This document shows, one piece after another, positions 7,722 to 17,870 of a stretch of 64,000 bases of DNA. Numbering within the stretch: position 1 is the stretch's first letter; every line of letters starts with the position of its first letter. This DNA comes from a virus. Lineage: Duplodnaviria; Caudoviricetes. Under the pieces are notes generated by a model that was not told the origin of the DNA, searched no databases, and was given only the letters and a program-made list of their open reading frames with translations. A program made the translations under genes and the position numbers. The DNA lies in IMG/VR virus record IMGVR_UViG_3300020202_000075, positions 1,180-65,179 of that record; one strand, written 5' to 3'.

Positions 7722-8900
7722 TCATTGGCTGGATTTGGCGATGATGTCTGCTAAGGTCATGCGGCCAGTGGGGGACATACCAGCACCAGCGGCGCCAGCC
7801 CCAAGGGCGAAAGGAATGGCTCTTGATCCAGCGTTCACGCCTCGCGCCGCGAGGGAAGTCATCAGCGGGCTTCTGTCAGCCAGCCACCACGCGAGCCTTC
7901 CAAGGTTTTCCGGTTCAGCCGTGAGAATCCCAAGGCCCACAGGATTCTTGTTAGCGCTCATCTGCACCCGAGGCTCTACCACCTTCAAGGCGTTCAAGAG
8001 CCTGGATTCCGCTGCGTTCAGGTTCTCGATGCCAGGAGCGGCCTTGGCGATTTCATCCTTAAGACCTCGGGCCAAGGCTTTCTGCGCCTCGATTTCGGCA
8101 CCCTTTAGCTCCCCGTAGGCTTTATTCCCTAACGCCCTGTAGGTGCCCTGCTTCATCTCCTGCGCCATCTGGATAGGCATTTCGGAGAGCGTCTTGGTAG
8201 ATGGATGGTTCAGGAAGTCATCTGCGGCTTTGCGTATTGCCGCAAGGTCGGATTGCGGGTTGACCTGTTTTTTGAACTTCTCCGCCAGATCATCAAGAAC
8301 CTTGACCACGTTGCGCTGCTCAATCGTCCCCGGATGGTTCTGGAGAGAAACCTTGATCGCCTCGTTCAGTCGGTCGATTTCCGCCCGTAGCTTTTGCATC
8401 CCACCGGCCGAGACGTTGATGCCCTCCTCAAGCATCGTGTCTATTGCCTTTGCCGCAGCCCCCGTCCTTTGGTCGTACTTGGTGGGCTTTACGGCGCTCT
8501 GCATCAGACGTTGAGCAAGAGCCTCAAACTTGGGAGCAAGGGCCGCTGAAGTGCCCACCCCCGTCAATATCGTAGGGGCGGCTTGTACGGCCACGTTGGC
8601 GGCAAATCCGGCCCCCGGCGAGCCGGTCGCGTCAGTTACCGCCCCACCTGCGTCGTAAGCCACCTTCTCTAGTTTCTCGCCAGCCGCTTTGGCGACCGGT
8701 TGGGCGAGGCGGAACGGCAGTGGTACGGCGGTATGCGCCTTGTCGGCAATCGCTCCTGCGACCTTCCCGGCAACGTCTAGAGGCCCCATCTGCGGCTTGC
8801 TACCGCTGGGGACAAATGGGGTCGGCTTGGGACCAGCCCCCATCGCCCTTTCCCGTTCTAGGGAAAGAAGCTCAAACTCCTCTTGTTCGCTAAGAGCCAC
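7722..8900 (-). CDS. DNA ejection/internal virion protein
   Basis: Ala/Gly-rich helical protein, last of three large genes after tail genes (P22 gp16-like position). Confidence 0.6.
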   Translation of the reverse strand: MALSEQEEFELLSLERERAMGAGPKPTPFVPSGSKPQMGPLDVAGKVAGAIADKAHTAVPLPFRLAQPVAKAAGEKLEKVAYDAGGAVTDATGSPGAGFAANVAVQAAPTILTGVGTSAALAPKFEALAQRLMQSAVKPTKYDQRTGAAAKAIDTMLEEGINVSAGGMQKLRAEIDRLNEAIKVSLQNHPGTIEQRNVVKVLDDLAEKFKKQVNPQSDLAAIRKAADDFLNHPSTKTLSEMPIQMAQEMKQGTYRALGNKAYGELKGAEIEAQKALARGLKDEIAKAAPGIENLNAAESRLLNALKVVEPRVQMSANKNPVGLGILTAEPENLGRLAWWLADRSPLMTSLAARGVNAGSRAIPFALGAGAAGAGMSPTGRMTLADIIAKSSQ

Positions 8901-10347
8901 GTTTCTTCAGCAATTCTTGGTAGCGGCGTTCTTTTTCATCGCTCCATCCGCTCCCAGTTGGCGACGGTGGTTTCTGTTCTGGCAGTCCAGGAGAGCCGGG
9001 GGCGACACGCTTACCCATGCGGGCACGAATCGCCGCGATCTGCTCCTCAAGCGTTTCCTTCCGGTTGTTGAAGTCACGCTCCAGAAGATCAACCACCTGA
9101 CGCACCTGCTGGGCCGATGCGTTATCCCCAAGGACATGCTCCATTTCCTTGCGGGCCGTGTCCGTGAGGACGCCCGAAAGATTGGGCTGGGTAAGAATCC
9201 GCGCCGCTTCCGCCCTAAACAGGTTCATCTGCGCGTGGAACTTGGCGACATCTGGATCGCCAGCAACGGCCTTCCGCCCCGCCCTGACCCACCGCTCCAC
9301 CACCGGCACGCCGGTCGTATCAACCTTGTCCGCAAGCTCCTGCAGAATCTTGCCGTTCCGAATGGCTGTCTTTTCAAACGCCGTGATGGCGTCGTACTGC
9401 GGCGTGATCTTCTCCAGAGACTTCGTGTCGGCTTTGAATCCAGCCCTGCCAGAAACCACGTCCTCGGAGGTAATCCCAAGCTCCTTCATTACCGCAACGC
9501 GAGCACGCTGGATGTGCCCCATCGTCTTTGTGTCGCGCCGATATCCGGCTAGGGAGTTTGGATCGTAGAGCGATTGAACAGCAAGGTCTCGGATCGCTTC
9601 CTTGTCCTTCTCGGGGTCAAGAGCGCCTTGCTGTGCGTACCCGCCTTGGGCTACCGGCGCAATCTGCCTCGCAAACCGTGGCCCCCGGCTAACCTCCGTC
9701 CACTTGCCATCCTTGAACTCCTCGAATATCTCCTGATCTCCTACTGCGCGTCTACGCTGCGGAGCTGGCTTTGCAGGCTCGTCTAGCTTCGCCATCTCAC
9801 CGGCAACGAGCCGCTGCATGGCAGGATTGTCAGCGTAGATTTCGGAGAGCCGTACAAGGTGGGCGCGCTTCGCAGCTTTCGGGTCATCCTGAACCATCGG
9901 CCCTGATGGGATGACTTTGCCAGGATCACCGGCAATCGCTACAGGATGCCCCTCGCCTACTTCCTGCGGCGCAGTCGCGGCTGGAGTGCCGTGCAAGCCG
10001 CGCACCGCATCGCTGATCTCCTCACGGCGGCGGGCCTCCTCATCGCGCTTGGCCTTCGCCGTGGCCGCCTGCTGCCGATAGTGGAGAACGTCCTTGGCCG
10101 GGGCGTACTTGCTTGCTACCGCAGCAACCTGCTCGTCAGTGGCTTGAGGGCCTAGCGCCGCTAGTTCCGCCCTGAAAGCCTGCTCTTGCCCTAGAAGCCT
10201 CTGCTTCTCCTGCTGCGCCTGCACCGCCCCGATGATAGACATTAACCCCTGCGCCTGCTGTAGATCGCGCATGGGCTGTTGCTGGATTTGCTGCTCCCGC
10301 GCCCGGTATTCACTGAGGAACGGGATGTAACTATTGTTGTGCGGCAT
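8890..10347 (-). CDS. DNA ejection protein (gp20-like position)
   Basis: Gln/Ala-rich helical 485 aa; position. Confidence 0.6.
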   Translation of the reverse strand: MPHNNSYIPFLSEYRAREQQIQQQPMRDLQQAQGLMSIIGAVQAQQEKQRLLGQEQAFRAELAALGPQATDEQVAAVASKYAPAKDVLHYRQQAATAKAKRDEEARRREEISDAVRGLHGTPAATAPQEVGEGHPVAIAGDPGKVIPSGPMVQDDPKAAKRAHLVRLSEIYADNPAMQRLVAGEMAKLDEPAKPAPQRRRAVGDQEIFEEFKDGKWTEVSRGPRFARQIAPVAQGGYAQQGALDPEKDKEAIRDLAVQSLYDPNSLAGYRRDTKTMGHIQRARVAVMKELGITSEDVVSGRAGFKADTKSLEKITPQYDAITAFEKTAIRNGKILQELADKVDTTGVPVVERWVRAGRKAVAGDPDVAKFHAQMNLFRAEAARILTQPNLSGVLTDTARKEMEHVLGDNASAQQVRQVVDLLERDFNNRKETLEEQIAAIRARMGKRVAPGSPGLPEQKPPSPTGSGWSDEKERRYQELLKKRGS

Positions 10348-10382
10348 GGGGCTTTTGCCCTCTTGTTATTAAGGTGCTGCTG

Positions 10383-11882
10383 TTACGGTGGCGACCAGCT
10401 CCACTTCCCCCCGGTGGCTTTACCAAGCTCACCGAGCATTTCTGAGAGAGTCTTTGGCTTGGTAAGAACGGACGCGGCAGCATCGCCTAGTCCGCCCCAC
10501 ACTCCAGAACCAGCCTGCGCGGCATTGCTCATCACCGCATTGCGCGAGTCCTCACCCGACAGACCTAGATTCCCGAAGCCAGTAACCGCGTTCTGCCAGT
10601 TCTTCATCCCCGCGTCGGTTGCGATACCAAGGGAGGTAGCGTTCCCAAACGGGTTGCCGTTGACCGATAGAGCTCTGAGTGTCGCGTCGAATGACTGCTT
10701 ACCCGGCCCTTCAAAGTAGGCGTTGGGGTTGTTGAGCCAGTTCGTCGCGGTATTGAGGAAGGGAAGCCTGTCCGTCCTAGATTGCGTGGCGATGTTCTCT
10801 AGGCTGTTCGCCAAGTCCTGAGAGCCGATGGCTCCTGCGATGCCCGGCGCGATCTTGCCCGCGACCTCCAGCCAGTCCGCAGCGGTGTCCTTGCCCTCAA
10901 GAATCCTCTGGAGCGCCGAGCCCGCAGTTGTCCCGGTAGTCGTGCCCCCGGTGGTCGTTCCGCCGGTGGTGGTGGTAGTCGTTCCTGTTCCGCCGCCTCC
11001 AGCAGTAGCGGCGGTGCTCGCTACAGTGGTGGCCGCTTGCAGCGTGCCGTTAGGACCGGAGGGGAGGTAAACGTCACCAGCGGGCGAAGTGTAGTTGGGG
11101 TCTGGAATTACGGTTCCGTCGTTGACTGGGTAGGGGTTGTCGAGGAACGTGGTGTCTACGCCACCGGCCACGCCGCCAGCGGTGCCCGTACCCAACGTCT
11201 CAACCCCGGCGTTGTACGCGCTCCCCGACCCGAACATGTCTCCAGCACCAGCAAGCGAACTCGCGTCGGGACTCACAAGCCCACCGAAGCCGGTAGCAAA
11301 ACCACCAGCAAGACCAAGCGCCAGCGCTAATCCGGGGTCCATTAGGTCACTCGTATGGATGGTCATCCTGTCCCACCCGCTCCCAGGGGAGACAGCCGAC
11401 CACTGTACGTTACCACGCTCGTTTACACCCCCGCCAGATACCCCGTCAAATCCGACCAACGGGTTGTGCCACGCATACTCCACCGGCCCAGCAGGCGTCC
11501 CATCAAGGTTGAACCGCTGCCGCGCCTGCTTCTGATCCGGGGTCGATACAGCCTGCGTATAGGTGTTAGTCGCCGGGTCGTAGTTCTGAATCTGGTTCGA
11601 CGGATCGCCAACGTAGTACCCGCCGACATTCCCGGCATCGTCGCCGCTGGTGGTGATGAATGACTGCACCGGACCGCTTCCGAAGTCCCGCGAGTTGCTG
11701 TTCTGCCACGCATTCGAGGGGTCAGCCAGAACCGCCGCGAGAGTCGGCTGTGCGGGTACTAGCGACGTGGCAGCAGGCGTCTGCCCCCGAGCCTCTAATA
11801 TCCTCGGGTGGTCATCGGGCAAGAACACATCCCCCTGCTCAAGAGCGTGGAAGTTAGGAATAACCTCTGATAACCAAGGCAT
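10383..11882 (-). CDS. DNA ejection/pilot protein (gp7-like position)
   Basis: Gly/Thr/Ala-rich with hydrophobic segments; position. Confidence 0.55.
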   Translation of the reverse strand: MPWLSEVIPNFHALEQGDVFLPDDHPRILEARGQTPAATSLVPAQPTLAAVLADPSNAWQNSNSRDFGSGPVQSFITTSGDDAGNVGGYYVGDPSNQIQNYDPATNTYTQAVSTPDQKQARQRFNLDGTPAGPVEYAWHNPLVGFDGVSGGGVNERGNVQWSAVSPGSGWDRMTIHTSDLMDPGLALALGLAGGFATGFGGLVSPDASSLAGAGDMFGSGSAYNAGVETLGTGTAGGVAGGVDTTFLDNPYPVNDGTVIPDPNYTSPAGDVYLPSGPNGTLQAATTVASTAATAGGGGTGTTTTTTGGTTTGGTTTGTTAGSALQRILEGKDTAADWLEVAGKIAPGIAGAIGSQDLANSLENIATQSRTDRLPFLNTATNWLNNPNAYFEGPGKQSFDATLRALSVNGNPFGNATSLGIATDAGMKNWQNAVTGFGNLGLSGEDSRNAVMSNAAQAGSGVWGGLGDAAASVLTKPKTLSEMLGELGKATGGKWSWSPP

Positions 11883-11895
11883 CTAGCGCCCTTTC

Positions 11896-12162
11896 TTATT
11901 CATGTACCCACCCAAAGCAATGCCTCATCTCATGACCCAACACCGCGTCGCTCGTTCCCTCTGGGGCCACGATCCGGCACATTGACCAATCCCGCGACGG
12001 GAAGGTGCAGGCAAGCACCGTGACGAGCGGCGGCATCCCGCAAGAATCCGGTGCCCTTCTCTCCCACGTCACAGCCACGGTCTGAGGCTCCGCAACCTTG
12101 ACCATCTCCCCGCCGTAGGTGCAACCCATAAGCAGGATCAGGATGGAGCTACGGAGCACCAT
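11896..12162 (-). CDS. lipoprotein with C-terminal HEXXH
   Basis: MVLRSSILILLMG-C lipobox; VLGHEMRHCFG; GGAGG RBS. Confidence 0.7.
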   Translation of the reverse strand: MVLRSSILILLMGCTYGGEMVKVAEPQTVAVTWERRAPDSCGMPPLVTVLACTFPSRDWSMCRIVAPEGTSDAVLGHEMRHCFGWVHE

Positions 12163-12643
12163 TGCCTCCTCTGCGCGGCCTTTTAGTGGGGTCAAGCCAG
12201 CGACGCCGCTGGGCTTCGGCAAGCGCGGCACGGTGTTCAGCAGTGAACGTGCGTTTCCGCGTAGCCCACTTTTGCCGCCTGTGGCACTTGGCGCACAACG
12301 CTCGTCCATTACTTACATCAAGCCTCAACTCTGGATATTCCGCGAACGCCTTGATGTGATCGGCCTCTAATTTCTCTGTTGATCCGCATAGCGCGCACTT
12401 GTGGCCACCATTGGTCAATACAGCAGCACGCCATTGCGCATATTCCATCGAATTGCGAATACGCATCGCCTCGGTGGTCTTGCCCCCCTTCCAGTTCCAA
12501 TGCAATGGGCCAGAAAGGTTCGGGCGCTTCTTCCCCTCCTTGCGCTTTGCAATGTTGTCCAGAGTAGGGTCGGTGGCGCGAGTGCGCCCCTTGTTCCACG
12601 GCGTAAAACCGGGCTTGAACCGACCGTCGTTATGGGCCTGCAT
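12149..12643 (-). CDS. HNH homing endonuclease with NUMOD-like DNA-binding segments
   Basis: FKPGFTPWNKG, HWNWKGG, CALCG..EADHIK..NGRALCAKCH. Confidence 0.85.
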   Translation of the reverse strand: MQAHNDGRFKPGFTPWNKGRTRATDPTLDNIAKRKEGKKRPNLSGPLHWNWKGGKTTEAMRIRNSMEYAQWRAAVLTNGGHKCALCGSTEKLEADHIKAFAEYPELRLDVSNGRALCAKCHRRQKWATRKRTFTAEHRAALAEAQRRRWLDPTKRPRRGGNGAP

Positions 12644-13460
12644 CGCGCCAAGCTCCGTTGCTATAAAAATACAACTTCGAATTCGTGCTATCCACGACGA
12701 TAGGGATGGCCCCCGTAACAGCCGTAGGAACGCCTGTAGGGGTTCCAGCGCAGCTTGGAACGTAGGTGAACCCATCCGTCGCCGTCGTCGCTAAAGCGCT
12801 GCCAGAAGCGTTCAGGATGACGCTCCCGGTGTTCTTGATCTGCGCCCTAGCCGTCAGCGTGCCGCTGGAATTCGCCGTGGAGAAGGTAATTCTTCCGGGC
12901 ACCTGATTCGCCCCAACCGTCCCGTCAGCGGTGAACGTGATCCTCGCCGCTACCGCAAAATCGGTTCCGTCCGAGCCCTGAACGTCTATGAACAGCAACT
13001 CGTCGTTGTTCGCAACGGCTGTGTATGTTCCGATAACCCCTGCCTTGGAGCGCGCCGCAAAAATCTTGGCCGGGTTGCCAGCGGTGTTGTTGAAGAACGC
13101 AATTCCAATCGCCCCGCTCGTCCCCACCGCGTTGCCGATGAACTGAGTAGACGGCGTATCCCCCGAGGCACTGAAGGTCGTAATCGCCTCGGTATGCCCC
13201 CGGATAATCCTGCCGCTCGCATCTACCACGAATGGCGTAGCGTCAGGGTTTGTCGAGTCCTCAACGACAATCGCATTCCCCGCCCCGGTCTGCCTTACCT
13301 CGAAAGCATTGCCAGCCGAATTGGCCGAGATAAGAGCAGTGGTAAACGTAGGGTCGGATGTCCAAGTCCCATCCCCACGCAGAACATCCGTAGTCGTCCC
13401 CGAGAGCTTCCTTAGAAGCCCCCTGCGGTTCGTAGTAGCTAGAGAATGATTAAGAGGCAT
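12630..13460 (-). CDS. tail fiber/needle-like protein
   Basis: VLRGDGTW motif, beta-rich Gly/Thr composition, LYFYSNGAW end. Confidence 0.65.
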   Translation of the reverse strand: MPLNHSLATTNRRGLLRKLSGTTTDVLRGDGTWTSDPTFTTALISANSAGNAFEVRQTGAGNAIVVEDSTNPDATPFVVDASGRIIRGHTEAITTFSASGDTPSTQFIGNAVGTSGAIGIAFFNNTAGNPAKIFAARSKAGVIGTYTAVANNDELLFIDVQGSDGTDFAVAARITFTADGTVGANQVPGRITFSTANSSGTLTARAQIKNTGSVILNASGSALATTATDGFTYVPSCAGTPTGVPTAVTGAIPIVVDSTNSKLYFYSNGAWRDAGP

Positions 13461-13818
13461 TGCCCATCACGTACCAGCCAACGCCTTTGTCCCAGCAAAG
13501 GGACTCAAGAGTCGCCAGCGTTTGCCTCACCAGAATCCTCTCCGTGCCGTCGTCTGTCTTGACGATCACCGTCACAGATGCTGTGTCCTTGTTATAGATC
13601 GCAATACTGATTGGTTCCAAGACCCATCCCTGCTGGCCTGGAGCGGCAAGGATCGTTACATCGGTCGTGCTATTGAGCGCGGCCCTGAACGTCCCCGGCT
13701 TAGTAGGAACGCCATCGTTGTTCCACGTCACATAGGTGACGGTAGCCTCGGGCTGGTTGGCCGAAATCGCGCCGGCAAGCACGGCCTCCAGTTTGAGCGT
13801 CGTTTTGTCGAGGATCAT
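13450..13818 (-). CDS. virion structural protein
   Basis: Beta-rich 122 aa, coupled in tail operon. Confidence 0.6.
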   Translation of the reverse strand: MILDKTTLKLEAVLAGAISANQPEATVTYVTWNNDGVPTKPGTFRAALNSTTDVTILAAPGQQGWVLEPISIAIYNKDTASVTVIVKTDDGTERILVRQTLATLESLCWDKGVGWYVMGNAS

Positions 13819-15353
13819 TCAATCCTCGCAATGAACTTCTCAAGCCTGCACGCCGAAGCATGGGAGTGCGTCAGTCTGACCGCACGATCACGATAAGACC
13901 CGCAGCGATAGATATGCTTCTTGCGCTGCGACATGTCTATGTCCCTAGCAGTTGAAAACGTGGGGTAATCGTCGTCGCTGAACGAAACACCAACAACACT
14001 CGATGCCGAGGAGGCAGAATCTCCAACAACCCCGCACCACGGCATCCGCTGTCTAGCGTTATCTCCCTTCGGCAGCTTGAACTGAGCCGTCATGGTGTAG
14101 GCGGTGCTTGCCCCATCCACCCATTTTTCAGTGCCGTCGTTCTGGAAACGGTGAAGTTTCCTCGGGCCGTTCCCGTTGTGCGCACCGATGAAATACCCGC
14201 CAGAGCAAACAGGCTGAACCTCAGTCGATTGCCATTCAAACCATTCGTTCCACGACGGGTTGAATACTAGCCACCGCTGAGTAGTAGCGGTGGGAACATC
14301 CAGAGCTATTCCTATGGCGTCTTGGCCGTAGAAACTGAACGCCGACACATGATACGGCTCCGTTCCAGCAGTCGGTCCGGCAGACAGTATCTTTCTGATA
14401 GCCGGTGTTGAAACATTCTCAAAGGTCTGCCCGTTGAACGCATACAGAGATGCTTCGTAATCCCTGCCGGCTTCCGCGCCAATGAAATAAGTCCTAGACC
14501 CCAAGGCAGCGCTGTAGTGGCGTGTCCCGGTGGCATACCCTGCCCCGCTTGAAACGTGCGGCCCGCCAAGACCGATGCGCGCAGTAATCCCGTTCCTTGA
14601 AAGCGGGCTCCCCGTTGTATTCCCTGCGTTCTGGAACCCCTCCACTGTCTCTGCCCCAAACGCGAGCGTAATCCTGTCGTGCTGTATGAGGCCGCAAGCC
14701 TGATCCTCTACAACGGCCCTAGAAATAAACGACGTAGCAGACCACGCTGAAAGGCTATTCAAATCCGAGCTTCTGATCTTATTGTCGGTCCCAAGGATGT
14801 GCGCGAAACCATCCCTGTGCGCCATCATCCCCACCGCCGTAGACGCCGAAAAATCGGAATCAGTAATCTCCGTCCACGTCGTTATGTCGCTCATGGCGGC
14901 GAAGAACACCCGCTGCACGCCGGATGAATTGACGTACTGCACCACTACATACCCCAAGCCGCTCAGGCTGGTTTTGGTGACGTAAATCGGTTGCAGAGAT
15001 GCGGTAACGATGGTCGGGTGCGACGATCCATTGCTGGCGCTCTGCGTCGTGCCGTTGGTAAAGAAAATCCAGACAAAAGGCCCCGTGCTCGGTAGTTTGA
15101 AATCAGTTACCAGCCAAGCCTTGTCTGACGCCGACAAGCCAAAGTCGCTGCTTAGTTTGGATAGCCCAGGTCTTTTCGCCAGATACAGCGTTTTCTTGCC
15201 CGTAGCTTGGTTCGCAATAGGCTCATAGACGCAGTTGATCTTGCGCTGATCTATCGCATTGGTCATGGCGTTCGCGGCGGCAGCAGCAAAGCCCCGCGTG
15301 TTGTACGACATCGCAAGGGGAATGGTGACGTTGGGCTTGTCGAGAGGGCTCAC
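13815..15353 (-). CDS. tail hub / packaged-DNA stabilization protein (P22 gp10-like)
   Basis: 512 aa beta-propeller-like, LAKRPGL near N-terminus, SFSDDDY.TFS near C-terminus. Confidence 0.75.
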   Translation of the reverse strand: MSPLDKPNVTIPLAMSYNTRGFAAAAANAMTNAIDQRKINCVYEPIANQATGKKTLYLAKRPGLSKLSSDFGLSASDKAWLVTDFKLPSTGPFVWIFFTNGTTQSASNGSSHPTIVTASLQPIYVTKTSLSGLGYVVVQYVNSSGVQRVFFAAMSDITTWTEITDSDFSASTAVGMMAHRDGFAHILGTDNKIRSSDLNSLSAWSATSFISRAVVEDQACGLIQHDRITLAFGAETVEGFQNAGNTTGSPLSRNGITARIGLGGPHVSSGAGYATGTRHYSAALGSRTYFIGAEAGRDYEASLYAFNGQTFENVSTPAIRKILSAGPTAGTEPYHVSAFSFYGQDAIGIALDVPTATTQRWLVFNPSWNEWFEWQSTEVQPVCSGGYFIGAHNGNGPRKLHRFQNDGTEKWVDGASTAYTMTAQFKLPKGDNARQRMPWCGVVGDSASSASSVVGVSFSDDDYPTFSTARDIDMSQRKKHIYRCGSYRDRAVRLTHSHASACRLEKFIARIE

Positions 15354-16087
15354 GGTCCCGTCAGGATGCTTCCGCGATGAACTGAACTCACAATCCCAGC
15401 GTCGAGCCTCAGAAACACGCCAGGAAGATTGAAGCTCTTGATCGCCGCCTTAGACTTCTTCGCAATATCAACCACCACCGCAGGGATAGGCATATCCCCG
15501 GCCAATTCCAAAGCCAGGTTGTGCTCGATGAACCTCTGATACCCCGGAGGTAGCTGAATCGGAACGTCCAGCGTCCCGAACTGCTGCAGAGGCTTGAGGC
15601 TCGTTATGTAGAGCGTGAGCCCGCTACCCGGCTCTGGATAGAGCTTGATCGTGCCCCACCCCACTCCTGCACCAGTCAATCCCTGCCCCCTGTACTGAAA
15701 CCCGCTGTCGTAATAGAGGTAGGAGGGATAAGACCCGTCCACCGTCTTTAGGGGGATGGAGTTATATGCCTTGTCGTTGAACACTTCGACCGGCGTATCG
15801 GCGTCGTCCGAATCACGAATCCACGCCTGCTCGATCCTCAACGGTCTTACGGTGTTGAAGTCCGCACCAGGCCCTATCGTGTAAACCCCGTCCGACGATG
15901 TGAGGGAAAGGCTGTCCTCGGTGATGTATGGAACCATCAGCCTCTCAATACCTAACGAGTCCATGAAGGCATTGATATCCCCGAGATGCGCAGTCTCCTC
16001 CGCAGAGGTCAGCGTGTCCCCCGGAGCCTTCAGGCCCAGCTTCCGCAGGGCCGAGAGGATCATCGTCCGAGCCGTTACCGCAGCCAT
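15350..16087 (-). CDS. head-tail adaptor (P22 gp4-like)
   Basis: TARTMILSALRKLG, LPPGYQRFIEHNLALELA. Confidence 0.8.
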   Translation of the reverse strand: MAAVTARTMILSALRKLGLKAPGDTLTSAEETAHLGDINAFMDSLGIERLMVPYITEDSLSLTSSDGVYTIGPGADFNTVRPLRIEQAWIRDSDDADTPVEVFNDKAYNSIPLKTVDGSYPSYLYYDSGFQYRGQGLTGAGVGWGTIKLYPEPGSGLTLYITSLKPLQQFGTLDVPIQLPPGYQRFIEHNLALELAGDMPIPAVVVDIAKKSKAAIKSFNLPGVFLRLDAGIVSSVHRGSILTGP

Positions 16088-16458
16088 CAGGCGTCGAACA
16101 TCACAAAGCGAACATTGACTGCCCCGGTGTTGGCAATCGCATACGGAGCCGAAGCATCCGCACTCGTCCTGAAGATCGCCCACTCACCAGCGTTTAGCCG
16201 GATAAAGTCCGTCGCCCCGGTGCCGCTTCTCAGCTCGACAAAGTTGCTCGAATCCAAGTTCTGCACGAACCAGACCCCGCCAGTAGCAACGTCCCCGAGG
16301 CTGATAGCCTCCTCAGAAGTCCCGACGTTCTGGACGAAATCGGCAATCTGAGCGCCCGAGACAGTGATGTTCACCGTCCCCGCCGTGAAGTTCACCGAGG
16401 GAGAACCGGACTTGGAAAACGCAACCGTCAGCCCGGAAAGAGATAGTTCATTAGCCAT
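16087..16458 (-). CDS. virion structural protein
   Basis: Beta-rich 123 aa, coupled. Confidence 0.6.
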   Translation of the reverse strand: MANELSLSGLTVAFSKSGSPSVNFTAGTVNITVSGAQIADFVQNVGTSEEAISLGDVATGGVWFVQNLDSSNFVELRSGTGATDFIRLNAGEWAIFRTSADASAPYAIANTGAVNVRFVMFDA

Positions 16459-17298
16459 CTACGCGGCCTCCTGAATCGGCTGCACATGCTCTGCCAGTTT
16501 CGTAGAGATATGCGTGCAGTCGTAGTCGTCGTCAGCAATCATCGCCGCGAGCAACCCGCCACTTCGGTTCTTAAAGACAGATGGCAAAGTCTTGAAAAGC
16601 TCAGCCATCCATTGCGCCTGCATGAAAAACTCAGCCGACGTAATAAAAGCCTTCCCGTTGGTCACGATCCTGACCATGTTGGGTTCCGGCTCGGTCTTGA
16701 AAGCATGAGTCCTCGGAGAGACATTGAATCTCTCCGGCATCTCCTCCACCGGGCCCTCGTCGTAGCTCGAATCGAACCCGAAGAACGTCACGTCGAGATA
16801 GCCCATCTTCACCGACAAATCGAACGCAGCCGAAGCAGTCGTAGGGCCGTGATGCACCCCGACGTTCTCGTTCGCCAGATCGAACGTCTCGACATACGCC
16901 CCAGCCTCTTTCAGAACATCAAAAGCAGAAGGGTCGCAATTCGAGGCCAGGAGGGCTTTAGAAGCGCCCTTCACCATCCCCGCGAGACAGGGTTGAGGGT
17001 CAACACAGAACACCGTAGAGAGAATCCCAAGGCTTTCCAGCCATTGGTAGACGCTCCCGCAGGCCCAAATGTCGCCCTTCCAGTTTTTCAGGACTTCGAT
17101 GTTTTGCGCCGCTGACTTCCCGCCACCAACTACAGCGAGGATCGGCCTGTCGGACTGCCATCCGGCTACAGGCAACCCCCTCGCCTTGCAGAGAGCCACG
17201 TTCCGGTACATCGTGTCCATAGGCACGCACCCGCCCGGAACCAGGTGCAGCTTTCGCTTTCCCACTACTCGGCCATCAGCCCGGCGTTCTTCAGACAC
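16459..17298 (-). CDS. DUF115/MptE/Maf-like (glycosyltransferase-related) protein
   Basis: AVVGGGKS, VFCVDP, GPTTA, MGY...FFGFDSS motifs. Confidence 0.7.
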   Translation of the reverse strand: MSEERRADGRVVGKRKLHLVPGGCVPMDTMYRNVALCKARGLPVAGWQSDRPILAVVGGGKSAAQNIEVLKNWKGDIWACGSVYQWLESLGILSTVFCVDPQPCLAGMVKGASKALLASNCDPSAFDVLKEAGAYVETFDLANENVGVHHGPTTASAAFDLSVKMGYLDVTFFGFDSSYDEGPVEEMPERFNVSPRTHAFKTEPEPNMVRIVTNGKAFITSAEFFMQAQWMAELFKTLPSVFKNRSGGLLAAMIADDDYDCTHISTKLAEHVQPIQEAA

Positions 17299-17567
17299 GC
17301 CAGAATCGAGTTAATCGCCGCCTGCGCCGCAATCAACTGCGCCGAGGTCGAGAACCCGAAGCCAGAGTTCTGCGCAACCGTGGAGATGATCGCCACAGTC
17401 GCCGCCGCAGAAACCGCCGTCTTGCCGTTCGCTCCAAACTTCCCGGTAGCGGTCAGCGTGGTAAACGTCCCAGCCGCAGCCGTAGTCCCACCGATTACCG
17501 CGTTGTCGATAGTCCCGCCGTTGATATCCGGCTCGTCCGTCGCAACCCCGACAAAATTTCCTGCCAT
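17265..17567 (-). CDS. head decoration/fiber-like protein (paralog 2)
   Basis: INGGTIDNAVIGGTT repeat-type motif; C-terminus similar to 17619-17870. Confidence 0.65.
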   Translation of the reverse strand: MAGNFVGVATDEPDINGGTIDNAVIGGTTAAAGTFTTLTATGKFGANGKTAVSAAATVAIISTVAQNSGFGFSTSAQLIAAQAAINSILACLKNAGLMAE

Positions 17568-17585
17568 GTTCTTCTCCTTGTTATG

Positions 17586-17605
17586 CCCCGGCCCGAAGGC
17601 CGGGG
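17586..17605 (-). promoter_or_regulatory. UUCG-tetraloop hairpin (pause/processing/weak terminator)
   Basis: CCCCGGCC-TTCG-GGCCGGGG; no U tract. Confidence 0.5.
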
Positions 17606-17618
17606 TCTGGTCAGGGGA

Positions 17619-17870
17619 TTACGACGACGCCATCAACCCCTTCTCTTTCAGAAGGTCGATGATCGAGTTGATGGCCGACACCGCCGCGTTGAAACCAGCG
17701 GAGGTCTGGAAGCCAAAACCCGACGAAAGAACCGTCGTAAGAGTCAGGGTTGAAACAGCAGCGTACTGATCGACCGGCGTTGCGCCGTGAAACGCGATCA
17801 GTTCGCTCGCGTCCTTGCCGATCTGCGCGCCATCCGGGCTGTCGTAGGTGACTTTTTCGTAGGTAGCCAT
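17619..17870 (-). CDS. head decoration-like protein (paralog 1)
   Basis: Directly after coat; GAQIG...IAFHGATPV. Confidence 0.65.
   Translation of the reverse strand: MATYEKVTYDSPDGAQIGKDASELIAFHGATPVDQYAAVSTLTLTTVLSSGFGFQTSAGFNAAVSAINSIIDLLKEKGLMASS

Noticed and set aside
10920-11040. Thr/Gly-rich repeat as a DNA repeat element
   Set aside because: Low-complexity coding linker in an ejection protein
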